Of a stretch of 64,000 nucleotides of DNA, positions 20,520 through 30,089 are shown in pieces. The notes beneath the pieces are model-generated. The model worked only from the letters and a program-made list of their open reading frames with translations. It did no database searches and was not told where the DNA came from. A program made the translations under genes and the position numbers. This stretch comes from Ostreococcus lucimarinus (Eukaryota), in NCBI GenBank assembly GCA_000092065.1, contig CP000582.1; one strand, written 5' to 3'. Numbering within the stretch: position 1 is the stretch's first letter; every line of letters starts with the position of its first letter.

Positions 20520-21953
20520 TTAGCCAAATGTCGCGATCGTGCGAGCGATGATCTTCGCTGCATCCTTCATATCGCTCAAGCTACAGTATTCATCATCCGC
20601 GTGGTACGTACTCATCAAACCGAAACCGATGAGTTGGATGTCGAAACCGTTCTGTTGCATTTCCGCGACGAGAGGAAGCGAACCGGTCAAACTGTACGGC
20701 TCAGCTTGACCTTTGACTTCTTGGATAACGTCGCAAAGTGTCTTGAGAGCCGGGCTCGATAAGTCGCACGCGATTCCTGTAAGTAAGTGCTCGCCCCATT
20801 CAAGTTCGAGCGAACCGCGAAGCGTGCCGCCTTTGCCGTCCGGAATGACAAATTTGCTGTAGTCTCCCTTGGTCGGAAGCGATTCAACATCGGCGTTAAT
20901 CGCCGCTACTTCGGCTTCGATGCATGCCTTGACATTATCCACTGGGTAGAAAGGCGTCAAACGAATGTCACCTGAAATCGTGGCTTCCGGCGGGATCTGA
21001 TTCAAACCGCCCGGGGCGCACGAGATTTGCGTCGGCTTCATCGTGCTCGAGGTGATGAATTTGTAGTCCCGTTCTTGCTCACACGCGGGAAACGTCGCGT
21101 AAAACTTTTCTTGCACGCGTTCAATGGCAGCCATACCGAGTTCGATCGCGTTGATACCCTTGTGTGGTAATCCAGAATGAAACCGATGTCCTTTCGCCTT
21201 GAGCGCCCACGTAATCGCCCCCGCCGTGCCTATGCACGGTTGACTATCCGCGCAGTCCACCCAAATCACCGGCCCCGGTTTACAGTGATCCAATTTTCCA
21301 TCCGCGACGAGTCCATCGACGCCGATCCCCGGTCCATTCGCCTCCTCGCTCGCGATGAACACGCACGTCAACGACGTATCCAACTCTGGCTTCAGCTCCC
21401 CGAGCTGCGCGAAAATCGTCGTCATCAACGCCACGTGTCCCAAGCAATCCGTCGTCCCTCTGCCGTACAATTTATCCCCATCCATCGTCAATTTAAACGG
21501 ATCCACGCTCCACGCTTCGGGATTCGCCGGCACGACGTCCATGTGACTCCCCGCGAACGTCAATTGTTTCTCCTTCGCCGCGTTCGCGCCGCGTCCCGGG
21601 TACCGAATCACCACGTTGCCCCGTCCTTCGGCGTACGTCACGTGTTCGACCTCGAGCACGCCCCCGTTTTCGACGCGGTACGGCTTCAGGGTCTCGAGGA
21701 CGTGTTTTACCGCCAGATCTTCGCGCGGGACGTGCGCCGTGCCGACGCCGGTGTTTTGAAGGTGTCGCGACTCGCCGATGAGTCGGGACAAGAGGTTGAG
21801 AAAGACGTCTTCGTCGAGTTCTAGCGCGCGCAAGGCGTCCGCGGCGGCGGTGGACATGGCGCGCGGTCGGGGACGCGCGCGGTGCGAGCGCGTGAAGCGA
21901 CGGTGGCGCGCGAGGACGGAGTGCGGCGCGATGGAACGAGCCGCGGCGGGCAT
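20520..21953 (-). CDS. M20-family peptidase, ArgE/DapE-type (N-acetylornithine deacetylase-like), with an N-terminal organellar presequence.
   Basis: ATG at 21951-21953. Contains SHMDVVPANPEAWSVDPF...GRGTTDCLGHVALM, the M20 metal-binding motifs. The N-terminus is R/S-rich (MPAAARSIAPHSVLARHRRF). Confidence 0.8.
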   Translation of the reverse strand: MPAAARSIAPHSVLARHRRFTRSHRARPRPRAMSTAAADALRALELDEDVFLNLLSRLIGESRHLQNTGVGTAHVPREDLAVKHVLETLKPYRVENGGVLEVEHVTYAEGRGNVVIRYPGRGANAAKEKQLTFAGSHMDVVPANPEAWSVDPFKLTMDGDKLYGRGTTDCLGHVALMTTIFAQLGELKPELDTSLTCVFIASEEANGPGIGVDGLVADGKLDHCKPGPVIWVDCADSQPCIGTAGAITWALKAKGHRFHSGLPHKGINAIELGMAAIERVQEKFYATFPACEQERDYKFITSSTMKPTQISCAPGGLNQIPPEATISGDIRLTPFYPVDNVKACIEAEVAAINADVESLPTKGDYSKFVIPDGKGGTLRGSLELEWGEHLLTGIACDLSSPALKTLCDVIQEVKGQAEPYSLTGSLPLVAEMQQNGFDIQLIGFGLMSTYHADDEYCSLSDMKDAAKIIARTIATFG

Positions 21954-22016
21954 AGTTGTGAAGTCGCGGCGTCGAGCCGCGGCGAGCGCGAGAGTTACAA
22001 ACTCGGGGAAAAGTCG

Positions 22017-24017
22017 CTAATCGACGGCGTAAATGGATTCTTTTCGCGCAACTGCACGCTTGTCGTGTTCCTTGACGGCGCGTTCGTATCGAGTGCCCAT
22101 GGAGAAGAGTTTGGTGCGGAGTTCGCCGAGCGACCGGCGGTTCGATTTCGACACCTTGCGCGAGAGGAAACGGGTGAAGAGCTGGAGACCGCCCTCTGGG
22201 TCGTTTTCCTCGGCATCGACGACGCGACCGCCGTTCAGAGTGACGTCAACGAGATCCATGCACACGATGACGGACCAGACCTCTTTCGCCGGGGTGTCTT
22301 GTCGGACGACGACGTCGGACAAATGTTCCATCGCGGCTCGTCGACGAGCAATAACTGACTGCGCGTCGTCGCGAGCAAGCTTCGGGATGATCTTCATCAG
22401 CTCCGCGGGTGTGATCCTTTTTGGCTTCTTACCTACGCTGGCGGTGGATTTGGCAAATGGTAGGAGGTGTCGAATCGAGACGGCGGACGCCGCCGCGAGC
22501 GCGTCTCGCAAATCTCTGTCGCGGCTCGTGAGGTTCGGCAACCATTGCACGACGCGCGCGTACACACCGACGTTCGCATACTCGTCCTCCTCCGTTGCGT
22601 TTGAGTCTATGTTGGAACTGATCTCGAGCAGGTAACGGATCGCCTTGGATTTGAACGTGTCCCACGATTTTTGCGGAACGCTCGCGAGGAGCGCCGCCGC
22701 GGCGTCTTGGAGAACCCATCCCAAAGCCTGCGCGCGATAGTCGATCGCGATGGACACAAACATTTGCAGCATCCTAGCGCATCCATCGACATTATCGAAC
22801 GCTTCGACGTTCCGCGCGAAGGCGTTGTCGCAAACTGCAGTCACCATCTCCGCCACGACGAAGAGTTCTGGGCGCAAACAAAGCGCGTCGTCCTCGTTCG
22901 CAGGGGTCGCCGGTGCGGATAGTGATGAACGCTGCGAGTTCACGTAGTCTCGCGCACCGAAAGTGCGCAATGTATCGCACACGGTGCTCGCGCAAAGTAT
23001 CCAAGCCGGAGGCGGACACTGCGATCTCCCATCCGCGGGCGCGCCGAGTCTGTAGTCGTACCTCTGCTCTCGAGCGTCGTACAGCGAACCCCACTTACAA
23101 TCGAAACCGAGCGCGGCCAAAAACGAGTCACGCGCCGCCAATCGAACGTCGTGACGCGAGCACGTCGTAGCTACGTCCCATAACCACTCCATGGTGTGCT
23201 CGTCGCACGCGCGCTTCGCCGACGCCCAACGCATCGGCAGCCACCGCTCGAGCAAGAGCACGCGCCACAAGTCTTCTTCGCGCGCGCTCGACACGCTCTC
23301 AAGTCCGCGTTTCACGACTGCGCGCAACGCTTTCGACGCGCACTGCCCGAGAACCTTCGCGTCACTTTCCGAAGAAGTCGTCGCGGCCGAGCTTCGCGAC
23401 GACGCGAACGCGTTCGCTCCCAACGTCTCCGCGTCGTACCTCAACTCGAACGCCTCCCCGTGCGCGTCCAAGAACTCCTCGTGACTATCCAACGCTTTCA
23501 ACGCCGCCGCCTCTTCCATCTCCGCCTCTCGCTTCATCGCCGCCGCCTCCTCGAGCCGTCTCGCCTCCAAATTCTCGTCGTCCAACCGCCGCCGTTCCCG
23601 CGTCTCCGCGTCCCGCTTCACGCCCGCCTCCAATTCCGCCTTCTCCGCGAGGAGATATTCGAACGAGCCCGCGCTCGTCTTCCGTCCTCCGCTCGTCGTC
23701 GCCAGCCCGCGCGCGCGCATCGCGTTCTTCAACCAGTCTTCGCTGTCGCTCCCGTCGCCCTCCGTCGCGGGCTTCGCGCGCTTCGCGTCCGCCGACGCCG
23801 CCTCGCGCCCTCGTCCCGCGCGCTTCCGCGCGCTCGGCGTCGCGCGCGCGCCGCCTCGTCGTCCCGTTCCCGTCGACGTCGCCGCGTTCGCATCCGTCTT
23901 CGCCCGCGCGCCGTCGCGCGCGCCGTCGCCCCCGCGCGCGAGCGGCGACAGCGACGCGTCGTCCTCGAGCGCGTCCGCGCGCGCGTCGTCGTCGTCGTCG
24001 TCGGAATCGCTCGGCAT
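22017..24017 (-). CDS. Hypothetical 666-aa protein with a poly-acidic N-terminus (MPSDSDDDDDD) and a conserved-looking C-terminal region; family not recognised.
   Basis: Long uninterrupted ORF with an ATG start. That start overlaps the ATG of the opposite-strand ORF within the palindrome GCATGC at 24014-24019. Confidence 0.5.
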   Translation of the reverse strand: MPSDSDDDDDDARADALEDDASLSPLARGGDGARDGARAKTDANAATSTGTGRRGGARATPSARKRAGRGREAASADAKRAKPATEGDGSDSEDWLKNAMRARGLATTSGGRKTSAGSFEYLLAEKAELEAGVKRDAETRERRRLDDENLEARRLEEAAAMKREAEMEEAAALKALDSHEEFLDAHGEAFELRYDAETLGANAFASSRSSAATTSSESDAKVLGQCASKALRAVVKRGLESVSSAREEDLWRVLLLERWLPMRWASAKRACDEHTMEWLWDVATTCSRHDVRLAARDSFLAALGFDCKWGSLYDAREQRYDYRLGAPADGRSQCPPPAWILCASTVCDTLRTFGARDYVNSQRSSLSAPATPANEDDALCLRPELFVVAEMVTAVCDNAFARNVEAFDNVDGCARMLQMFVSIAIDYRAQALGWVLQDAAAALLASVPQKSWDTFKSKAIRYLLEISSNIDSNATEEDEYANVGVYARVVQWLPNLTSRDRDLRDALAAASAVSIRHLLPFAKSTASVGKKPKRITPAELMKIIPKLARDDAQSVIARRRAAMEHLSDVVVRQDTPAKEVWSVIVCMDLVDVTLNGGRVVDAEENDPEGGLQLFTRFLSRKVSKSNRRSLGELRTKLFSMGTRYERAVKEHDKRAVARKESIYAVD

Positions 24018-24072
24018 GCGCGACGATGTGTCGCGATGGGCCGACGGTTCGCGACGTCACTTCGCGCCCGTC

Positions 24073-24291
24073 ATGCGCGCCGCCGCCGCGCTCGCGTCTC
24101 GCGCGTCGCGATTCGCGCGATCGAACGCCCGAGCGCCCGGCGCGCGCGCGCGAGGGCGCGCGCGATCGACGGTGGCGCGAGAGACGCGCGCGAACGGGAA
24201 AGCGGCTGAGCTCGCGCCGCTGGAACAGCGCGTCGACCTGCGCGTGGGGAGAGTGCTGAGCGCGAAGCGACACGAGGACGCGGAGAAATTG
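24073..24291 (+). CDS. tRNA-binding (EMAP-II/Arc1p C-terminal, Myf-domain) protein, exon 1. It holds a presequence and the start of the OB-fold (...RVDLRVGRVLSAKRHEDAEKL).
   Basis: ATG at 24073 (MRAAAALASRASRF...); an alternative ATG lies at 24016. The donor TTG|GTGCGTGGGG lies at 24292. Confidence 0.65.
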
Positions 24292-24397
24292 GTGCGTGGG
24301 GTCGATCGCGGCGCGCGCGCGGGCGCGGACGCGGAGGCGGGGATGGGAGGACGGCGGGACTGACGACGACGACGCTTTATCCGTTCGCGCGCCGCAG

Positions 24398-24520
24398 TAC
24401 ATCGAGGAGATCGATCTGGGCGAGCCCGAGGGGCCGAGGACGATTTTGAGCGGACTGGTGCCGTACATGTCGGCGGAGGACATCGAGGGGAAGAGCGTGA
24501 TCGTGTTTGCGAATCTGAAG
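24398..24520 (+). CDS. tRNA-binding protein exon 2 (YIEEIDLGEPEGPRTILSGLVPYMSAEDIEGKSVIVFANLK).
   Basis: The acceptor ccgcag lies at 24392-24397 after the branch site CTGACGACGACG and the tract ctttatccgttcgcgcgccgcag. The donor AAG|GTGCGAGG lies at 24521. The sequence aligns to the EMAP-II / MetRS C-domain motif VGEI.PRTVVSGLV.......NR.V.LLCNLKP. Confidence 0.8.
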
Positions 24521-24634
24521 GTGCGAGGACGCGAACGACGCGCGGCGAGCGAAGCGCGACGCGAACGCGAGACAAAGTTTGACGTTGATCGAACGCGCGA
24601 TGACTGACGAGACGCGAATGCGAACGCGACGCAG

Positions 24635-24946
24635 GCGCGTAAGCTGGCGGGCATTCCCTCGCACGGGATGATTCTCGCGGCGTCGGACGCTTCGCACGAA
24701 AATGTTGAGTTGCTCGTCGCGCCGGAGGGCGCCGTCGTCGGCGAACGCGTTCGATTCGGCGAATCCGACGAGCCGCAAGCCGAGCCGCAAACTCCGAACC
24801 AGATTCAAAAGAAGAAGACGTGGGAGGAACTCCAACCGCTTTTGGTGACGAATCAAGATTGCGTGGCGACGTACGAAGGCGCGCCGATGATGACGTCCGC
24901 CGGTCCGGTGAAGTGCGCCACCATGAAGGGCGCCACCATCGGGTAA
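24635..24946 (+). CDS. tRNA-binding protein exon 3 (ARKLAGIPSHGMILAASDASHENVELLVAPEGAVVGERVRF...KKKTWEELQPLLVTNQDCVATYEGAPMMTSAGPVKCATMKGATIG, then stop).
   Basis: The acceptor gacgcag lies at 24629-24634 with the branch site TGACTGACGAGACG at 24601. The C-terminal part matches the EMAP-II / Arc1p C-terminus (KKKIWEQIQPDLHTNDECVATYKG...). Confidence 0.8.
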   Translation, partial: ARKLAGIPSHGMILAASDASHENVELLVAPEGAVVGERVRFGESDEPQAEPQTPNQIQKKKTWEELQPLLVTNQDCVATYEGAPMMTSAGPVKCATMKGATIG

Positions 24947-25097
24947 TCTCGCGCGCGCCCCGTCGCGCGCGCTCGACGCGCACGATTCATCCGTTAATAT
25001 TTATTCACGCCATTTATTAACGCGCGCTCGACACACCGCGTCGCGCTCGACCGACCCCGCGGCGTCGGTTGCGTCGCTTTACTTCGCGCCTCGCGCG

Positions 25098-25727
25098 ATG
25101 TCTCGCGCCGACGCCGACGACGCCGTCACGCGCCCGTTTCTCGGCGTGAAAGAGCGTCGACGAAGTTCGTTCGCCAAGCGCGCGCTCGGGGACGATCTCG
25201 GCGTCGCCAAGGATGCGCTCGGCGCGAAGGCTTTGGAAAAGTACGGCGCCACGCGCGTCGTCTTCAGCGCGCGCGCGCTCAAGCTGAACCATCGAGACGA
25301 GCTCAAGGCCCGCATTCTCGTCGTCACGGACGTCGGCGTCATGCTGCTGGACGAACAAACCAAACGCGTGCGACGGAGGTTTAGTTGGAAGGATTTGGCG
25401 GAGGTGCGCGTGAGCGTGTACGCCGACGACTTTTTCGCGTTGGTGTCGCCGGACGAGTACGACACGCTGTGCGCGTGTAATCGCAAGACGGAAGCAATCG
25501 TCGCGATGCGGGAGATGTGGAAGCGCGATCGGGCGATGCGACGCGCGAGGGATGGGACGGCGCTCGACGCGTTCGAGGAGTTACCCGTGACGGCGAGCGA
25601 GCGCTTCACGTACAGAGCGAGCGCGACGCGCGAACGCGCGGTGAATTTCGTGCGCGTGGACGACGGTGACGTAGACATAGATGTCATCGACGTCGACGAC
25701 GAGAACGAGGACGAGAACGAGACGTAG
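25098..25727 (+). CDS. Standalone myosin-tail-homology-1 (TH1)-like domain protein, 209 aa, with an acidic C-terminal tail.
   Basis: ATG at 25098. RVVFSARALKLNHRDELKARILVVTDVGVMLLDEQTKRVRRRFSWKDLAEVRVS...DDFFALVSPDEYDTLCACNRKTEAIVAMREMW follows the class-I myosin TH1 pattern (KxNrkgk..R.LllTd.alY.ld...hv..eYD.l.es.kKtElv). No motor domain lies nearby. Confidence 0.5.
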   Translation: MSRADADDAVTRPFLGVKERRRSSFAKRALGDDLGVAKDALGAKALEKYGATRVVFSARALKLNHRDELKARILVVTDVGVMLLDEQTKRVRRRFSWKDLAEVRVSVYADDFFALVSPDEYDTLCACNRKTEAIVAMREMWKRDRAMRRARDGTALDAFEELPVTASERFTYRASATRERAVNFVRVDDGDVDIDVIDVDDENEDENET

Positions 25728-25804
25728 ACTCGACGCGCGCGGCGACTCTGAGCGCGTAATTCGCGGTGTAACAACAAAACTTCTAGACGACGCGCGTTCG
25801 TCCC

Positions 25805-26023
25805 TCACCCCGGTCCAACCTTGGGAATATCGTGATGCTCGCTCAGCTTGCTCAGCTTCTCGTTGAACTCCCGCACCTTATCCTTGTGCGATTTACTCGC
25901 CATCTCCTTGATCATCTGCGCCTCTCTCGCGCGTTTATAGTGCGCCTCGTACGCCAGCTCCGCCTTGGTTCGCGTCTCCTCCTTCGCCGTCGCCTTCCCG
26001 CTCGCCGACCGCTCCCGATCGCC
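25805..26023 (-). CDS. FAM32A-like protein exon 2 (GDRERSASGKATAKEETRTKAELAYEAHYKRAREAQMIKEMASKSHKDKVREFNEKLSKLSEHHDIPKVGPG, then stop).
   Basis: The C-terminus matches the FAM32A signature ...KTHKQRVEDFNRHLDTLTEHYDIPKVSWTK. The 92-nt intron 26024..26115 carries the branch site GAGTGACTGACGACG and the acceptor ACGGACAG. The spliced protein is 109 aa, close to FAM32A at 112 aa. Confidence 0.7.
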   Translation of the reverse strand, partial: GDRERSASGKATAKEETRTKAELAYEAHYKRAREAQMIKEMASKSHKDKVREFNEKLSKLSEHHDIPKVGPG

Positions 26024-26115
26024 CTGTCCGTTCGCGCGCGAGTCGACGTCGTCAGTCACTCGTCGCGCGCCGCGCGCCCCGCGTCCGCGCGTCGCTCGTC
26101 GCGCGCCGCGCGCAC

Positions 26116-26226
26116 CTTTTCCCGCTTGTCCTTTTTCGTCTTTTTCGCCTTCTTCGCGGTCGTCGTCGTCGCCTTGAGCGCCAACCGGCCGCGAACGACG
26201 TGGTCGTACGCGCCGTCCTTCGTCAT
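26116..26226 (-). CDS. FAM32A-like (DUF1754) protein exon 1 (MTKDGAYDHVVRGRLALKATTTTAKKAKKTKKDKREK).
   Basis: Matches the human FAM32A N-terminus (GPLKLKG + Lys-rich tract). The donor AAG|GTGCGCGCGG on the minus strand lies at 26115-26106. Confidence 0.7.
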
Positions 26227-26698
26227 CGCGCTCGCTCGCTCGCGGTCGATCGTGCGGCGCCGCGCGCGCTCGGCATCGCGTCGCGGAGTGTCGCGCGCGT
26301 CGCCCCGCGGTGTCTTTGTCAGCGCGAACCGCGATCGGCGACGCGATCGCGATACGCCGACGCGCGCGACGTCGCTCTCGACGCACGAACGCGCGGAAAC
26401 GGTCGATAAATATCGCGCGCGCGAGAATCGCGCGCGCGAGCGGACGTCGGCGACGCGCGAGAGGCGCGAGAGGCGTGAAACGCGCGGCGCGCGCGGAACG
26501 ATCTCCGCGCGCGCGTGGTGATTGCGAGCGCTGGACGCGCGCGCGAGCGCGCGAGGGCGTCGAGCGCGCGCTCGGTACGGACGGAAACGTTCGGTGGGTC
26601 GGTCGCGCGCGACGCGAGGGACGTAGGACGGCGCGAGGGCGACGCGAGGGCGCGCGAGGGAAAGGTTGGAGACCGAGGGTATCCTCGCGGCGCGCGCG

Positions 26699-27892
26699 AT
26701 GGCGTCGCAGAGCGGTTTAGAGCTGCGCGTGGGGAATAAGTACAGGCTCGGACGGAAGATTGGATCGGGGTCGTTCGGAGACATTTATCTCGGCACGCAC
26801 ATCAAGACGAATGAAGAGGTGGGGATCAAGCTGGAGAGCTGCAAGACGAAGCATCCGCAGTTGCTGTACGAGTCGAGGTTGTACAAGATTTTACAAGGCG
26901 GCACGGGCGTGCCGAACGTGCGATGGTACGGCGTGGAGGGTGATTATAACATCATGGTGATGGATCTGCTCGGACCGAGCTTGGAGGATCTGTTCAACTT
27001 TTGTAACCGAAAGTTGAGCCTGAAGACGGTGTTGATGCTGGCGGATCAGCTCGTGTCGAGGATCGAGTACGTGCATAGTAAAAGTTTCATCCATCGCGAT
27101 ATAAAGCCGGATAACTTTTTGATGGGACTCGGAAAACGAGCGAATCAGGTCAACATCATCGACTTCGGGCTGGCGAAGAAGTATAGAGATCCAAAGACGC
27201 ACTTACACATTCCGTATCGAGAGAATAAAAACTTGACGGGAACGGCGAGATACGCGAGTATCAACACGCACGTTGGGATCGAGCAATCGCGACGGGACGA
27301 CTTGGAGTCGCTCGGGTACGTTTTGATTTACTTCTTGCGCGGATCTTTGCCCTGGCAAGGCTTGAAAGCGGCGACGAAGAAACAAAAATATGAAAAGATT
27401 AGCGAAAAGAAGATGACGACGCCCATCGAGGTGTTGTGCAAAGGCTATCCGCCAGAGTTTGTGACGTACTTCCAAGTCGTGCGCTCGCTGCGGTTCTCGG
27501 ACAAGCCGGATTACTCGTACCTTCGCAAGCTGTTCCGCGATTTGTTTATTCGCGAAGGCTATCAGTACGATTACGTATTCGACTGGACGATTTTAAAGTA
27601 CCAGCAGACGCAGGCGTTGACGCGTCCCAGCGCGAGCGCGGCGCAAGCGCAGGCGGGTGTCGGCACGAGCGGTGACGCCACCGACCCCAGCGCCGCGCTC
27701 CGACGTCAATCAACTTTAGATCGCAACGCAAGCGTTTCGCGACCGAGCGGGACGAGACTAGTCGAGAAGGAAGTCGCGAGCGCAGATCGGACCACATCCT
27801 TCGCGCGCAACTACGATCGCCAGCGCTCGAGCTCGCGACCTCTCGCCAGTAGAAAGGAAGAGGATTACGACGGCGGTCGTGCGTACCAATAA
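26699..27892 (+). CDS. CK1: Casein kinase I (CK1 delta/epsilon-like).
   Basis: Contains [30 protein letters not shown] and [10 protein letters not shown], plus the CK1-specific LPWQGLKA...KYEKI. The ORF-track start at 26666 is TTG; the first ATG is 26699 (MASQSG). Confidence 0.9.
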   Translation: MASQSGLELRVGNKYRLGRKIGSGSFGDIYLGTHIKTNEEVGIKLESCKTKHPQLLYESRLYKILQGGTGVPNVRWYGVEGDYNIMVMDLLGPSLEDLFNFCNRKLSLKTVLMLADQLVSRIEYVHSKSFIHRDIKPDNFLMGLGKRANQVNIIDFGLAKKYRDPKTHLHIPYRENKNLTGTARYASINTHVGIEQSRRDDLESLGYVLIYFLRGSLPWQGLKAATKKQKYEKISEKKMTTPIEVLCKGYPPEFVTYFQVVRSLRFSDKPDYSYLRKLFRDLFIREGYQYDYVFDWTILKYQQTQALTRPSASAAQAQAGVGTSGDATDPSAALRRQSTLDRNASVSRPSGTRLVEKEVASADRTTSFARNYDRQRSSSRPLASRKEEDYDGGRAYQ

Positions 27893-27954
27893 TCTTGTAT
27901 TCTATAGGAACAGCAAACCAACGAGCAAGCGTTTCATCCGCACAGCGCGGCGGC

Positions 27955-27961
27955 GTATATA
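27955..27961 (+). promoter_or_regulatory. TATATAA motif about 21 nt upstream of the 27982 ATG; candidate TATA element.
   Basis: ggcgTATATAAccgccgcgccgtcgaggccATG is seen directly. The position implies a very short 5' UTR, or the match is coincidental. Confidence 0.25.
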
Positions 27962-27981
27962 ACCGCCGCGCCGTCGAGGCC

Positions 27982-29277
27982 ATGCCTCCCGAGCGCGCTT
28001 CCTTCGCCTCGCGCCTGCTCGACTCCCAGTCCGCGTCCCTCGATGCGAACGACGAAGACACGTTCGTGAACGCGCTCGCGACGCAGCCGACGGCGCCGCA
28101 CGCGACGCAAAGTCTCGCAAAGTCAAAGTGCTCTTTCGCATCGCGCGCGTTCGAATGCTCCGCCGACGCTGACGCCAAGCGCCGCGTGGACCACCTAGAC
28201 GCCGAGTCGATCGGAATAAAACGCGCCTTGGTGGTCCCGCGCGCGCCGAGCGCTGGATCTGTCGTGCTTTGGCCTCCCGAGGGCGCCTGCAGAGCGACGA
28301 CGGCGATGACGCTGCCGGCGACGCACGCGACGCGAATGACGCCGAGACAGATTGAAGTCGTGCGCGCGCTCCACGAGAGGTTCACCAAACATCACATTAA
28401 CTCTGGCTGCGTGGTGCGCGATGCGGATGAGCTGGAACCGATCGTGGGGGTGTGCGCGTTCGCGTCGGCGATGTTGGCGGCGCGGGGCGACGCCGACAAA
28501 GAGGCGTCTTTGCTAGTCTTGTGCGCGCCGAACGCGATTTTGGCGTGGGTGCAGACTCTGCAGACGTATGGTGTCAGTGGATTAGAGTCCGCGCGAGGCG
28601 TGACGCAGAGCGAAAGGGCGTTGACTCGAGTCAAGAGCGGCGCCGCGTGCGCCCTGGTGATGTCGCACGACACGTATAGAAACGCGGTGCATGACGTGAT
28701 CCAGGTGCCTTGGGCGATGTGCGTCTACGATGAAGTCCACCGTTTGAAGTCAGACAAGAGTAAAGCGTACGAAGCGGCGCATCTGCTTCACAAGAAGGTT
28801 TTCCGTGTCGGGTTGTCCGACCAACTTTTCACGAACTGCAACGCATCGGAGCTTTGGAGCGTGATGAACTGGATAGTGCCTTGGCGACTCGGCGATCGCA
28901 ACCTGTACGACTCTTACTTCGTCAAGCCGATCAACGATGGGCATAGAAATGTCCACACGGATGTCGCGCAACAACGTACGCGCGAATTGCACGTGCATCT
29001 GTCCGCGGCGATGACGCCGGGCATCGGCGAAGCGCAACTGTTTAGACAGTACGCACCAGACGTCGAAGGCACCGACGGTTCCGCTACGACAGCCCACAAA
29101 GCGCTCGAGGCGCTGGCGAGCTTTGAGAATTTGCCGGTCGCCGAAATGGCGGCCAAACTACTCGCGATGGACAAGCGCGGGCGCGACGCGCTGCGCTGTC
29201 GAGTCATCGCGAGCGAACTCGGCACGTTCGCCACCGTTCTCGAGCAATGGCAGAAAGAAAACGACGACGTGAAGTGA
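27982..29277 (+). CDS. SNF2 N-terminal-lobe-like protein (432 aa) with a degenerate Walker A motif and no helicase-C lobe.
   Basis: ...YDEVHRLKSDKSKAYEAAHLLHKKVFRVGLSDQLFTNCNASELWSVMNWIVP mirrors SNF2 motifs II-III (DEAHRIKN....LTGTPLQN.L.ELWSLLNFL.P). The motif-I position reads GCVVRDADELEPIVGV, with no GKT. A stop follows at 29275-29277. The ORF-track start at 27895 is TTG. Confidence 0.55.
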   Translation: MPPERASFASRLLDSQSASLDANDEDTFVNALATQPTAPHATQSLAKSKCSFASRAFECSADADAKRRVDHLDAESIGIKRALVVPRAPSAGSVVLWPPEGACRATTAMTLPATHATRMTPRQIEVVRALHERFTKHHINSGCVVRDADELEPIVGVCAFASAMLAARGDADKEASLLVLCAPNAILAWVQTLQTYGVSGLESARGVTQSERALTRVKSGAACALVMSHDTYRNAVHDVIQVPWAMCVYDEVHRLKSDKSKAYEAAHLLHKKVFRVGLSDQLFTNCNASELWSVMNWIVPWRLGDRNLYDSYFVKPINDGHRNVHTDVAQQRTRELHVHLSAAMTPGIGEAQLFRQYAPDVEGTDGSATTAHKALEALASFENLPVAEMAAKLLAMDKRGRDALRCRVIASELGTFATVLEQWQKENDDVK

Positions 29278-29334
29278 ACACGATGACTAGCTATACCTAG
29301 CGATTAGCAATTACAATTCAATTCAATTTGAACA

Positions 29335-29958
29335 TCAGACGAACTCGTTCAACAGACGCTCTACGGTTTGCGCGTCGAGACCCATGACGCCGTCCATCGA
29401 CCCTTCGATGCGCTTTAGATACGGCTGAAGCAGCGGATGCTCGACCATGAGACCTCCGGCGCAAAACATGCACTCGCCCTCGTCCACGATGGCGTTCACG
29501 ACGTCATCGGGAATTTCGTCGAAGACGACGGTGTTCACGTCCACCGCCGACGCCGACTTTCCGCTCGATAAATCCGTCACCATCGTCGACCCGACCGTGG
29601 ACGGCGGGTCCAAGCCGTACCCGCGTATGAACTCTCGCGCCTCGCTCGCGCTCGTCGGTTTCTCGCGGATGATTCCTCGATGCACCACGACTTGGTCGCA
29701 CGTGATCAACAATCTCCGCGCTCCCTCACCGCGCTCCGCGAGCTTTTCGCGCACCGCCGTCGCCTTCGCGCTCGCCAGCGCGCGCACCAAAACTTCGGGA
29801 TCATCAAACCGTATCGCCTTCTCGTCGATATCCGGCTTCTCGATGACGTACTCGATGTTCATCCCCGACAAGATGGCGCGTCGCGTCGCCGAGCCCGAGC
29901 CCAAGATCACCGCCGTCGACGTCTCCTTCAATCTTTCCGCGACCGTTTTCGCGTTCAT
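29335..29958 (-). CDS. MAF: Maf-like nucleoside triphosphate pyrophosphatase (septum formation protein Maf family).
   Basis: Starts MNAKTVAERLKETSTAVILGSGSATRRAILSGMNIEYVIEKPDIDE..., the Maf N-terminal motif, with homology through the C-terminus. The ATG lies at 29956-29958. An upstream in-frame ATG at 30045 would add a short presequence. Confidence 0.8.
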   Translation of the reverse strand: MNAKTVAERLKETSTAVILGSGSATRRAILSGMNIEYVIEKPDIDEKAIRFDDPEVLVRALASAKATAVREKLAERGEGARRLLITCDQVVVHRGIIREKPTSASEAREFIRGYGLDPPSTVGSTMVTDLSSGKSASAVDVNTVVFDEIPDDVVNAIVDEGECMFCAGGLMVEHPLLQPYLKRIEGSMDGVMGLDAQTVERLLNEFV

Positions 29959-30089
29959 CGCGCGCGCGATCGCTTCGTTCCGCCCACACGCGCGCGTCCG
30001 AACGATCCACGCGCACCGACGCGTCCAGGTCGTCGTCGCGCGCATCCGCCGCGTTTTGCGGCGCGCGTCCTCGTCCCTCCGCGGCGCCT

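Noticed and set aside
23196-24983. Long R/A-rich ORFs on both strands (23196..24209 +, 23485..24654 -, 24057..24983 -).
   Set aside because: They lie antisense or out of frame to the 666-aa gene and the spliced tRNA-binding gene, with no domain signal.
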